Source: an uncultured Chthonomonadaceae bacterium
Lineage (GTDB): Bacteria; Armatimonadota; Chthonomonadetes; Chthonomonadales; Chthonomonadaceae
Direction: 5' to 3'
Assembly (NCBI GenBank): GCA_963817895.1
Contig: CAWFQB010000009.1
Location: forward strand, 1 to 64,000
Length of the DNA: 64,000 nt
Part shown: one piece after another, positions 45,395 to 55,056 of the stretch
Layout of the letters: the number at the start of each line of letters is the position of its first letter
Numbering within the stretch: the first letter of the stretch is position 1
Made by a program: the position numbers and the translations under genes
Notes under the pieces: generated by a model
Databases searched by the model: none
Told to the model about the DNA's origin: nothing
What the model saw: the letters and a program-made list of their open reading frames with translations, nothing else

Positions 45395-46264
45395 ATGTCC
45401 GCCATCCTTACACGCCCATCCGAAAATCTCATGCCTCAACCCTTATCATCCCTGCCGCCCGCCCGCGAACTGCTCAGTTTCGCGCAGGAGCAGACGCTTG
45501 CGCGTCAGGCCATAGAGGGACGTTCGCCGCGTGAGCGGGAACAGGCGCGGCAGCGGTTGATCCTCGCCAATCAGCGCCTTGTTCACAAAATCGCGGGGCA
45601 GTTTCGCAACGCGCCGATTTCTCAGGAGGATCTGGCGCAGGAGGGGATGTGCGGCCTGATTCACGCGATAGATAATTTCGATTATCGGCTGGGTCTGCGT
45701 ATCAGCACATTCGCGGTAATCTGGATTCGGCAGGCGATTATGCGCGCGCTGACCAATCAGGGCCGGTTGATTCGGATGCCCGCCCATGTGTATGATACTC
45801 TGCGCCTGTTGCAGCAGACGCGGCAGAAACTGGGCAATCAATTGGGCAGAACGCCGAGCCTGACGGAGTTGGCGCAGGAACTGGACATGCCGGAATCCAA
45901 AGTGACGCAACTGCTGGCGGCTTCCCTGCTGCCCCTCTCGTTCGACGCGCCGGTTGGCGAAGCGCAGGACACGCGATTGGGCGACATGATTGAAGCGCCT
46001 GATACGTGCGACCCGCTGCAACTGGCAACGCAGCAGAGCGTGGGGCAGTCCGTGCGCGAAGCGCTGCAAATCCTCACGCCGCAGGAGCAGGAAATCCTCA
46101 TCGCCCGCTACGGCCTGAACGGTGAGGACCCCTGTACGCTGGAAGAGTTGAGCAAAAAGCGCAAATCCAGCCGCGAACGCCTGCGCCAGATCGAAATGAA
46201 GGCCCTGCTCAAACTGCGCCGCAACAAGGACATGAAAATGCTTAACTTCCAGAACGAGGGCTGA
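45395..46264 (+). CDS. Alternative RpoD/SigA-like sigma-70 factor
   Basis: ANQRLV, DLAQEG..GL, STFAVIWIRQAI, IRMPAH and SRERLRQIE; lacks region 1.1. Confidence 0.93.
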   Translation: MSAILTRPSENLMPQPLSSLPPARELLSFAQEQTLARQAIEGRSPREREQARQRLILANQRLVHKIAGQFRNAPISQEDLAQEGMCGLIHAIDNFDYRLGLRISTFAVIWIRQAIMRALTNQGRLIRMPAHVYDTLRLLQQTRQKLGNQLGRTPSLTELAQELDMPESKVTQLLAASLLPLSFDAPVGEAQDTRLGDMIEAPDTCDPLQLATQQSVGQSVREALQILTPQEQEILIARYGLNGEDPCTLEELSKKRKSSRERLRQIEMKALLKLRRNKDMKMLNFQNEG

Positions 46265-46591
46265 AAGTCCGCCATGATTCAGTCCGAAGATTTCAGGCGC
46301 GAATGTCCACGCCCCCGTTTGCGGGCGCGGGCGTCGGCAGCAGGGTTGCTACAAGGTCTTTATCCGCCTGCGTCGCCTTTTTCAGCAGCGTTGCCGCTGT
46401 TGCCGTATCCTGTTCCGCGCCCCGCAATACGCCCGCCGATACCGTTCCCGTCAAACTCCCCACTGCGCTCATAGTGTTTTTTCTCCTGTATGTCTTCTAT
46501 GCTGTCGCCAACATTGCTGATGGTGTCCATCATTGTCGGCGGCATTTGCGGTTCGCTGAAGAGGAGAACATCTGCCCGCGAAACTTCCGCA

Positions 46592-47728
46592 TTAACGCGC
46601 TGATGTTAGTTTGCCAGGTTGGGCATTGAGGGCGCGGTCGAGCCACACGCTCACTTTATCCGCCCATATCTGCCCGTGCGCCAGCAATCCTTTGGGACTG
46701 AAATGGATGCCTTGGCCGTTCTGGTCGCGGTTGTCGCCTGTCAGTGTGTCCGTGTCCGGGCCTTCCAGCGCGATGTTCGTGTCCCATAATTTTTTGTGCG
46801 CGTCGCGGGTACTCGCAAACGACACTTCGCGGGGATTGTGGTACGAAACCTGCGCGACAAACCACGGGAATTCCCACCCAGCAAGCTGTTTCGAGGATTG
46901 GATTACGGTTGTCAGGCGAGTCGCGTAATCGTCGGTCGCCATGCCCGTATCCGATTCGCCCTGATGCCAAAGGACGGCTCGGAACCCGTTCGGCCCCAGC
47001 TCATAAACGCGCGTCATCATCCAGCGGAACAGTTCCCCGTCCGGCTGCCACTGATTGACGCTCGTGCCGCCATGCCCGGTCACAGCCACGCCGATGGGAA
47101 CATGGTACTTCTGGTACATCGCGTCGCCGAACGCGGGCCAGAAACTGCCGCCCCCGCTGTTATCATGTGTACCGGGCTGCGGATCATTGGCAATCTGCCA
47201 GCGCGTACCCGAAAACGCCGACACCATGCCGCTTGTCGGCTGAATATGCTCTTCGCCCGAATTCGTTGAATTGGATTGCCCCGCGCCCACAAACACTTCG
47301 CCGATGCCCACGTTCTCAATCGTGGATTGCGCCACCGTCTGCCCGGACTTCAACGCCCGCACTTCCACCTTGTACCAGCCGCCCGCGCTCATCGTCAGCG
47401 TTGTATTGAACCCCTGCGTGACAGGCAGAAGCGTCAAAGGCTGCCATGCGCCCGGCAAAATTCCCGCAACGGATTTGCCCGTAATCCGCGCTTCCACCCG
47501 GTCGCAGGCGGAACGGACGCGCCCGCTGATGAGCAATCGCCCCGCCTGTTTGGTCTGTCGCTGAAACACCTGATAATTGCGCGGCGATAAAATGGTAACG
47601 TCGGCGTCGGGCGCGGCTTGCGGCGCGTTGGCAGGCGGCTGCGCAACCAGCCTGTCCAGCGCGTAAACAATGGACGAAACATGGAGCGCCATCCAAACCA
47701 TCAACAAACAAACAAACAGTTTATACAT
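46592..47728 (-). CDS. Sialate O-acetylesterase (SASA, SGNH) family protein
   Basis: GEVFVGAGQSNS, VLWHQGESD and GIHF; signal peptide. Confidence 0.9.
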   Translation of the reverse strand: MYKLFVCLLMVWMALHVSSIVYALDRLVAQPPANAPQAAPDADVTILSPRNYQVFQRQTKQAGRLLISGRVRSACDRVEARITGKSVAGILPGAWQPLTLLPVTQGFNTTLTMSAGGWYKVEVRALKSGQTVAQSTIENVGIGEVFVGAGQSNSTNSGEEHIQPTSGMVSAFSGTRWQIANDPQPGTHDNSGGGSFWPAFGDAMYQKYHVPIGVAVTGHGGTSVNQWQPDGELFRWMMTRVYELGPNGFRAVLWHQGESDTGMATDDYATRLTTVIQSSKQLAGWEFPWFVAQVSYHNPREVSFASTRDAHKKLWDTNIALEGPDTDTLTGDNRDQNGQGIHFSPKGLLAHGQIWADKVSVWLDRALNAQPGKLTSAR

Positions 47729-47838
47729 GTAACTTCCTTGCAGTGTCCCGTCAGGACAAATTTCGTAACCAGCGTACATTACGACTTCACGCGCCTGTTT
47801 TCCTCTTTGCAAGCGCGTGTTGACGCTTTTCGTTGCTG

Positions 47839-47867
47839 TTGAACGCGCAGTCGCAGTAAGGTATTAT
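47839..47867 (+). promoter_or_regulatory. Possible sigma70 promoter upstream of the TIR locus
   Basis: TTGAAC-N17-TATTAT. Confidence 0.5.
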
Positions 47868-48319
47868 AGAGGAAACGGCGTCGAAATCGAGAACATGCTA
47901 TGGATTGCCACGCCATAAGTCTGTACCGGAAGTTAGATGTAAACGGTTTGCTGCTTGTTGAATTCATCTTTGGAGTAAGACACGTCCACAGGAAGGTAAA
48001 GATGAACAAACAACAGGATCAGAAGAGCGTGACGCAACTGGTAAGGGAAGCTACAGACAGAGAGTTCATCCGGGAAGGTTTGGAAACGGCATCCCGGAAG
48101 CTATTACCCGGCAGCAATTAGCGGAATGTCATCAAATGGCAGACTGCTATGAGGTGTTACGGGCGCAGGGCTATACCGATGGGTCGGTAGGCGTTTTGTG
48201 GGAAGGCAAAATTCCACAGGAAATCCTCGCCGGAGCAGGCGGGAACGGAACCATGCCACAGGTAGAATAGAGGACACGCCTTGAACAGCAACGCAGACGC
48301 CGTGGCGAGGGAAAACAAA

Positions 48320-48769
48320 ATGACTGCAACACCGCAAACGCCGCCGAAAATCTTTATCAGTTACGCGCATCTCGATCATACGCATAAAGACGACCTGATT
48401 AAGCACCTCAAGCCCCGATTGCGCGGCGGACTGCTGACCGAATGGGACGACAAACAGATCAAGCCCGGTTCGCAATGGCATCAGGAGATACAGAACGCGC
48501 TTGCAGAAGCCGATATGGGCGTACTGCTCGTATCCGCGAATTTCCTTGCCTCCGATTACATTCACGAGAATGAGTTCAACGCGCTTCTCGCCAAAAAGAA
48601 TCTTATCTGGATCGCCGTCAGCGCGTCCGGGTACAAACATACGCCTCTCAAAGACCTTCAGTGCGCCAATGATCCCGCGAAACCACTTGACGCCATCACA
48701 AAGGCGAAACGCGCTGCCGCATGGGAAGCCATCTGGGATAAGATATTAGAGGCGTCAGGGGATTTTTAG
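48320..48769 (+). CDS. TIR domain protein (TIR_2)
   Basis: KIFISYAH.D, WDDKQIKPG..W..EI, LLVSANFLASDYIHENE (catalytic Glu position). Confidence 0.93.
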   Translation: MTATPQTPPKIFISYAHLDHTHKDDLIKHLKPRLRGGLLTEWDDKQIKPGSQWHQEIQNALAEADMGVLLVSANFLASDYIHENEFNALLAKKNLIWIAVSASGYKHTPLKDLQCANDPAKPLDAITKAKRAAAWEAIWDKILEASGDF

Positions 48770-48813
48770 CCGCCCCTCCGCTGATTAGCACAGCAACGGA
48801 GGGGCGGTTCCAT

Positions 48814-51231
48814 GTGCCGTATGCAGAGAACAGGGCTTGCTACAACCCGCCGATGTTCGACGACTACTTTAAGGGAAGAGACGCACTCCTCGAACAACTT
48901 CACGCCGCCCTGCAAAGCGCAAGTACCAACTCATGGCGGCAGGCGCTGAACGGCGCAAGTGGCATCGGCAAAACCGCCATCGCCAACGCCTATTTTCACG
49001 CGCGCTCAAACGACTATCCACATTTATTTTGGGTGACAGCCGACACAGACGCCAATCTGGAAAGCGCGTTCATTGCTATCGCCAATCTGCTGAACCTGCC
49101 TGTACAGGACGCGCAGAATGACCGGCAACGGTACGAGGCGGCGCGGGAATGGTTCGGCAACCGCAAGAATTATCTGCTCGTGCTGGACAATCTGGAACGG
49201 GGGGAACTACTTGAATACGTGTTTGGAACGCATGGGGTCGGCGGGCGACTGTTGCTGACCACGCGCCTTGACCTCAACGATGTGCCGCTATGCAACGCCT
49301 TTCAGGAAGTTCCCGCATTAAACCGGGAGGGTGCCGTTGATTTCCTGTTCGAGAAAAGCGGGCGTGACCGCAGCCAGGCAGAGGAATATACTTCCGCGCA
49401 GGAATTGGCCGACCTGCTGCATTGTCAGCCGCTGAAGTTGAAAGTGGCAGCCGCGTACCTTCAACTGAACAAAGCCGTTTCCATACGCGCCCATGCCGCC
49501 AAAGTGCAAAACGATGTGTGGAACGAGTCGCTGACACTGGCCGCCCGGTATGGACAAACGCCAACGTACAACGGCATTATCGGCCTACTCAACACCAGCG
49601 TTTTCCTCGCGCCCGATGAGATTCCGGAAGACTTCGCCAGCGCGTACTGCCACCACAAAGCCGCCCTGACGCATGATTGCCTGAACCTGCTATCCAAACT
49701 CGCCCTGATTGAATGGAACCGGGACGCGCATACCTACGCCATTCACCGGCAACTGCGGGAACTGCTGACCGCCAAACTTTCGCAGGAAACACAGCACAGC
49801 TACGCGCAACGCGCCTGCGAAATCATGGAAACCCTGTACCCCGCGCCCAACAGCGAAACGTGGCAGGACGGCGAACGCCTGTTGTCCCATGTCCTCGTCT
49901 GCGCCGACAATATCCGACGGTACAATCTAAAATCCATTCCCGCCGGCAAACTGTTGTACCGCGCCTGCCTGTACCTGAACCAACGCGCCCGTTACAACAC
50001 CGCGTATGCAGTAGAGGCTGTGCTGAAAGAAAAGCAGAAGCAGTTGGGCATCAGCGATCTGGATATGCAGCAACTCGCTGACAAGGCGCTGGATGTGGAA
50101 GGGCTTGCAAAAGCGCTTAAATTAAACAATCAGGGCTATGACTATTACCAGAAAGGCCGCTACGCGGAAGCCGAGCCGCTGTACTTACAAGCGTTGGACA
50201 TTCGGCGTAAAGGGTTGCCGGAAGGCCATCCGCATATTGCCACCAGCCTCAACAATCTGGCATTGTTGTACAAATCGCTAGGCCGCTACGCCGAGGCCGA
50301 ACCACTATACATACAGGCGTTGAACATCGACCGTGTGGCATTGGGAGAGAACCATCGCCACTACGCCAGTGACCTCAATAATCTGGCAGAGTTGTACCGA
50401 TTGCAAGGCCGCTATGAAGAAGCCGAACCGTTGTACATCCAAGCATTGGACATTCAGCGCAAAGCGCTGCCGGTCGGTCATCTTGAGATTGCAGGCAGTC
50501 TCAACAATCTGGCGTTGTTATACAAGTCGCAAGGCCGCTACGAAGAAGCCGAACCGTTGTACATTCAGGCGTTGGCGATTGTGCGCTTAACTTTAGGAGA
50601 GCATCATCCCCATGCACAAACGTCTCAAGAAAACCTGAAAGCTTTGCGTGAGGAACGCGAACAAGGGAAGGCGCAGACAAAGGAGGGTGATATAGCAGAA
50701 CAGCCGAAAAATAACATCTATTTCGTCACTGATGCAACAGGGCAACAGGTGAAAGTCTGCTTTGAACCGCTCACGAGCAAGGACAGCAATGCGCTGAACG
50801 GTGACGACTGGCAAGGGGCGCGGTTTGGCGCGGTGTGGAAGGTATGGGCGGAACACGACATAGCTCTGAAATTGACGTTGTGCAACGACGATGGAAAGCC
50901 GGTACTCGGCATTGTGAGACTCGGAACGGTACAGCGTATTGATGGAGCAGCAGGCTCGCTGTGCGACAGTCTGCTGGAAGCCTCCCCTGTCTACAGGTTC
51001 GGCGCGGCAGTACGGCGCTATTGCGGCATCGGACGTGTTCTGGTGGCGCGGTTGGTTGTGGAAAGCAAAGCGCAGGGAGCGGAAGGGCGTTTGCGCATCC
51101 GTCCGGCAGAGGGCAGTATCCCATTCTATCAGAGACTTGGGTTTATATCGGCCTCGGGAACTCCCTTTTACGTACTGAAAACGCAGAAGGCCGAAGAATT
51201 ACTGGCAGCGTGTACGCCCGCATCAGGGTAA
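48814..51231 (+). CDS. NB-ARC/STAND ATPase + 42-aa TPR repeats + C-terminal GNAT-like domain
   Basis: FKGR, Walker A GASGIGKT, LLVLDNLE, LLLTTR; four GRY.EAEPLY.QAL repeats; GIGRVLV...GRLRI...SIPFYQRLGF GNAT motifs. Confidence 0.88.
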   Translation: MPYAENRACYNPPMFDDYFKGRDALLEQLHAALQSASTNSWRQALNGASGIGKTAIANAYFHARSNDYPHLFWVTADTDANLESAFIAIANLLNLPVQDAQNDRQRYEAAREWFGNRKNYLLVLDNLERGELLEYVFGTHGVGGRLLLTTRLDLNDVPLCNAFQEVPALNREGAVDFLFEKSGRDRSQAEEYTSAQELADLLHCQPLKLKVAAAYLQLNKAVSIRAHAAKVQNDVWNESLTLAARYGQTPTYNGIIGLLNTSVFLAPDEIPEDFASAYCHHKAALTHDCLNLLSKLALIEWNRDAHTYAIHRQLRELLTAKLSQETQHSYAQRACEIMETLYPAPNSETWQDGERLLSHVLVCADNIRRYNLKSIPAGKLLYRACLYLNQRARYNTAYAVEAVLKEKQKQLGISDLDMQQLADKALDVEGLAKALKLNNQGYDYYQKGRYAEAEPLYLQALDIRRKGLPEGHPHIATSLNNLALLYKSLGRYAEAEPLYIQALNIDRVALGENHRHYASDLNNLAELYRLQGRYEEAEPLYIQALDIQRKALPVGHLEIAGSLNNLALLYKSQGRYEEAEPLYIQALAIVRLTLGEHHPHAQTSQENLKALREEREQGKAQTKEGDIAEQPKNNIYFVTDATGQQVKVCFEPLTSKDSNALNGDDWQGARFGAVWKVWAEHDIALKLTLCNDDGKPVLGIVRLGTVQRIDGAAGSLCDSLLEASPVYRFGAAVRRYCGIGRVLVARLVVESKAQGAEGRLRIRPAEGSIPFYQRLGFISASGTPFYVLKTQKAEELLAACTPASG

Positions 51232-51243
51232 GGAGCAAACAGG

Positions 51244-51507
51244 ATGATTGAACATAAAGAGCAAATCAAGCCGACAAAAGCAATCCCATCCGTGCGGGAC
51301 GTGATGGACGCGGAGTATATGACAAATGGAGATGGATTTGGGAGAAAATGGACGCGGGAGGAACTCGACACACAGCACCATATTGGAGATTTGTTGGACG
51401 CGAAACTGGCGGCGGGGTACTCCATAGAAGAAATTAACGCAGAGTGGGAAGGTAAAACCCCGCAGGAGATACTCGCCGAGACAAGCGCGAATAAAACCAT
51501 GTCCTGA
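51244..51507 (+). CDS. Small acidic hypothetical protein (87 aa)
   Basis: AAGGAG RBS overlapping the upstream stop; 12-nt gap to the GNAT-ending gene. Confidence 0.7.
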   Translation: MIEHKEQIKPTKAIPSVRDVMDAEYMTNGDGFGRKWTREELDTQHHIGDLLDAKLAAGYSIEEINAEWEGKTPQEILAETSANKTMS

Positions 51508-51672
51508 GCTGGGTTGCTGTGCATACAGAAGAAAATAAAAAGCCGTACAACACGAAAAAGCCGAAACCTCCACCCCATTCCTCCTGTCTATACAAACGTC
51601 TACTAAACAGACAGGTGGAGGGACGTTGCGAGTTCATAGTTCCTATCAACTCGCAACAATCTAACCTGGAAG

Positions 51673-51813
51673 GGAGGTGCTGGATGATGCCTGTATATAC
51701 TCGTTCGCCGTAACCATTCGGAGGTCACGACGCCTCTACATACAACCTGACACAATGAGACACTGGGCTGGAAGCGCTGCATTGCCAAGATTTCGACGCT
51801 GTCTCTACATATT
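51673..51813 (+). other. Copy 2 of the duplicated ~140-nt element with SD + micro-ORF MPVYTRSP* (51687-51713)
   Basis: Homologous to the reverse complement of 29596..29737. Confidence 0.8.
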
Positions 51814-52026
51814 GCTTTCCTGATTGGGCCGGTCTTCATCCTGTTAATCCGCTAATCCTGAAAATCCGGGTTCAAGACAATCTGTACCCCGTTTCACAAT
51901 CTGAACCCGCAACGCCCCTGCGTTCGTATTGGAATTTGACTTTCCCACTTGCCGTATTCTGATTGACCGTCTGCGTATGGGAAATAGCAACGTAAAATAA
52001 CGAAGTGATCAGGAGGCGTTACCGCC

Positions 52027-54354
52027 ATGACCGATACTCTTTTGACCCCGCCCGAAACAGGACTTGTGGAACGGGAAGAAAATTCAGGAACAACAGGAAC
52101 GTTTCAAAACGATTCCGCCGCGCCGATTGTGTCCCTGCTGCCAATTGCGGCGGGCAACGGCGACGCGCAGTACGGGCAGGACAGTCAGGGAATCGCCCTG
52201 CGCATTGCCAACATCATCGCGCAGCGCAAGCCGTATCGCGAACGGGTGCAGCGGCTGCAAGTGCAACTTGATATGCTCGATACCGCCCTGCGCAATCTGC
52301 GCGACTGGATTCCCAACCTGCAAAGCGAGGAAGCGTATGCCCGCATTTCCAATTTGCCGTTCGACAGCCTGATTCAGCGCGTCGGCCAGCAAAAAGAGGT
52401 GCTGGAAACCCTTCGCGCCCGCTTTCAGCGCGAAACGCTCAACATCGCCGTTGTCGGAATCGCGCGTATGGGCAAAAGCCGCCTGCTACGCAGTCTGTCG
52501 GGATTGACGCAGGACGTGATTCCCGACCGGGGCGGCGATCCCTGCACGGGCGTTCGCAGCGCGATTTTCGATCAACCCGGCAGTGACACCTACGCCGAGA
52601 TCGAATACCACACGCCCCAATCCCTGCTCGAAATCCTGTGGGCGTACTGGGACAAGATCAAACTGCCCCTTGCCCGCCCGTACAATCTCGACGCCTTTTT
52701 CAGCATCAACCTGCCCGAAGAAGCGCCCCCGTCCGAACATGCGGCGGAGCATCAGGAACTGCTCAACGAACTGCGCAAGTACCAGCGCGTTCGCCCCCTG
52801 ATAAACCATCTGGGAACCACGCAAACCGTTCGCCGCGAAGACATTGCCCGACTGGTCACGCAGCCCGCGAACGAAACCAACGACCCGGAAGCGTACACGT
52901 ATCTGCTCGTGAAAGAAGCGACCATTTACACCCACTTCCCGTATGACAACGTGAGCAAAATCGGCCTGATTGACCTGCCGGGATTGGGCGAAGCCACTTT
53001 GGGCGGGCCGGAGCGCGTCACCAATACCCTGCGCCTGAGCGCGGATGTCGCCCTGTTCGTGCGCCGACCGACCGCTACCGACTTTGCCAACAAAGACGAA
53101 CATTTCAAACTATACGACGCCTGCGCACAGGCGCTCACGCACTACCTGACGCTCGACCGTTGGGCGTTTCTCGTCCTGAACTGCGACCACACGACCGGCC
53201 CGGACGCGCTTGAAAAATGCGAAAGCATTCAGCGCAGCATCAACAAGCCCACGTCGCGCATGAAGTTCTTCGGGCAGGCCATTTGCGATTGTTCCGATCA
53301 GGAGCAGGTGGAAGAGCTGGTACTCAAACCGCTTCTGAACACCATTTCGGAGAAAATCGGCGAACTGGATCGGGACTTTGTCCGCGCCTTTGCCCGCGAC
53401 ATTCGGCAGTTGCAGTTGGATGTTTCCGGCGCGTTACACACCGCCCGCATCGAACTTGGCAGCAGCGACGATCTGGAAGACCAACTGGTTCGCGACAATT
53501 TTGATACGCTGTGGGACAACCTGAAAGCAGGGTTGTACGATCTGGTAACGGAGTTGGAAATCGCCAGCGATGAGCCGGACGCGCAGTTCAGCGAACTTGT
53601 CAACAAAACCATTGCCGAATTTGAGAACGCGCCCAACCTGCCCAAAGTGGAGGATTTAGCGTTTCGGATGCGTGCCGACGGCGGCTATGGCGGGCCGTAT
53701 GATGAGTACCGGCATACCGTTCGCGCCGCGCTATCCCAGCGCCTGCGCAAACTCGACAGCGGCCTGATAAACTCCCTCGACGATGTAAAAAAGCGGGTTG
53801 CGGAAGTGTTTTTGGATGAGGGCGGATTGGGGCGCATGACGGGAAGCGAGGCCACGCTAACCCGCCTTATTGAAGCCATTCCGCCCGAACATCACCGCCT
53901 GCGCGTGGAATTTGAGGAGTTGCAGGAGTTTGAAATGTCCGCCCGGGGCATGTTGGGCTACATGCTGCGCACCAAACTGAACAAGCTGGAACCCCTGCGC
54001 ACCGGGATGCCCAAACCGGAAGAGCAGGACGCCACGCGCATGGCCGCCGACCTGAAAAAACTCGTAGACGAAACCATTCAGAGCATCAAGGACGCGCTGG
54101 AAGACGAGGAGTTCCGCAAGCCGAGCCAGTGCGCGTATGCCATCGTCGCCGACTTCCGCGATGCCGTGATTTTTGGCGACCGGATGAAGGGTGAGTGGTT
54201 CAGCTTCTACAAGCGCGAAGACATCCGCCTGCAAGTGTGGCCCGACGTATTCAGCAATCTGGTAGACGTGCGCCAGCGCCGCGAAGAGTGGCTGGAGCGC
54301 GTCCTCGCCGCCGAACGCGCCAATGTGTCGGAACTGATGACGTTCGCGGTATAG
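52027..54354 (+). CDS. Dynamin-like GTPase
   Basis: AGGAGG RBS; G1 GIARMGKS, G2 PCTGV, G3 LIDLPG, G4-like LVLNCD; long insert between G2 and G3; helical N- and C-termini. Confidence 0.85.
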   Translation: MTDTLLTPPETGLVEREENSGTTGTFQNDSAAPIVSLLPIAAGNGDAQYGQDSQGIALRIANIIAQRKPYRERVQRLQVQLDMLDTALRNLRDWIPNLQSEEAYARISNLPFDSLIQRVGQQKEVLETLRARFQRETLNIAVVGIARMGKSRLLRSLSGLTQDVIPDRGGDPCTGVRSAIFDQPGSDTYAEIEYHTPQSLLEILWAYWDKIKLPLARPYNLDAFFSINLPEEAPPSEHAAEHQELLNELRKYQRVRPLINHLGTTQTVRREDIARLVTQPANETNDPEAYTYLLVKEATIYTHFPYDNVSKIGLIDLPGLGEATLGGPERVTNTLRLSADVALFVRRPTATDFANKDEHFKLYDACAQALTHYLTLDRWAFLVLNCDHTTGPDALEKCESIQRSINKPTSRMKFFGQAICDCSDQEQVEELVLKPLLNTISEKIGELDRDFVRAFARDIRQLQLDVSGALHTARIELGSSDDLEDQLVRDNFDTLWDNLKAGLYDLVTELEIASDEPDAQFSELVNKTIAEFENAPNLPKVEDLAFRMRADGGYGGPYDEYRHTVRAALSQRLRKLDSGLINSLDDVKKRVAEVFLDEGGLGRMTGSEATLTRLIEAIPPEHHRLRVEFEELQEFEMSARGMLGYMLRTKLNKLEPLRTGMPKPEEQDATRMAADLKKLVDETIQSIKDALEDEEFRKPSQCAYAIVADFRDAVIFGDRMKGEWFSFYKREDIRLQVWPDVFSNLVDVRQRREEWLERVLAAERANVSELMTFAV

Positions 54355-54458
54355 GTGTTGGGTGTCAGGTATCTGGTATTGGGAAAGCGCCTGCCGCATA
54401 CTTTGCAGGCGCGTCCGGGAACGACTGCTGAAGCAATTCGCAGGAAGACTGACATGTA

Positions 54459-54989
54459 ATGGAAGTGAGGCTACAGACAACTCTCCCGGCTCCCTGGCTG
54501 ACGCTGCCACCCATGCGTATCGGGCAGATACCCACAGGTTTGGGAACGCCCGATGTATATGCGCTGGTTCAGGAGGAAGACGAACTCTGCCTGCGTATTG
54601 ATCTCTACGCCTCCTCGTCCGAATGTTTCGCTTTTGAGGAGGCGATTGTCTGGCGGAACTTCATTGTGATTGGCTATGGGAGCCACGTTTACCTGGTTGA
54701 AACGGTCAGTCGTCAAGTATTTACGTATCCCTTGCAGGACTATTTCGGGCATCTCTATCCTGCCGAACAGTTTTTGCTGGTGGCTTCCAGTTCTCATCTG
54801 CTCTGCCTGAATAAAGAGGGCCATCTGCAATGGACCTCCGCGCAAGTCGGAATAGATGGCGTTCTTGTGTCAGACATCGAAGGTGACTCTATTTGGGGCC
54901 GGGGAGAGTGGGACCCGCCGGGAGGGTGGGAACCCTTTCAGGTAAATGTTCACACAGGAAAACAACACGCCGAACCGGAACCACTCTAA
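54459..54989 (+). CDS. Hypothetical beta-rich acidic protein
   Basis: 176-aa ORF with AGGAAG upstream; ends GEWDPPGGW.PF. Confidence 0.7.
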   Translation: MEVRLQTTLPAPWLTLPPMRIGQIPTGLGTPDVYALVQEEDELCLRIDLYASSSECFAFEEAIVWRNFIVIGYGSHVYLVETVSRQVFTYPLQDYFGHLYPAEQFLLVASSSHLLCLNKEGHLQWTSAQVGIDGVLVSDIEGDSIWGRGEWDPPGGWEPFQVNVHTGKQHAEPEPL

Positions 54990-55056
54990 TATCCTATTTC
55001 CTTTTCAGGGTTTCAGGGTTTGATTTCGCTATCCAACTCAAAACCCGGAGCGCTTT

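Noticed and set aside
46360..46545. 61-aa Gly-rich minus-strand ORF as a RiPP precursor
   Set aside because: No clear RBS and no modifying enzymes or transporter nearby.
50155..50600. 126-bp DNA repeats as a DGR template/variable pair
   Set aside because: They are TPR coding repeats with differences not restricted to adenines; no reverse transcriptase is present.
51603..51839. 78-aa minus-strand ORF as the coding explanation for the duplicated element
   Set aside because: The homologous frame in copy 1 has an indel and a TAG, so it is not conserved as protein.
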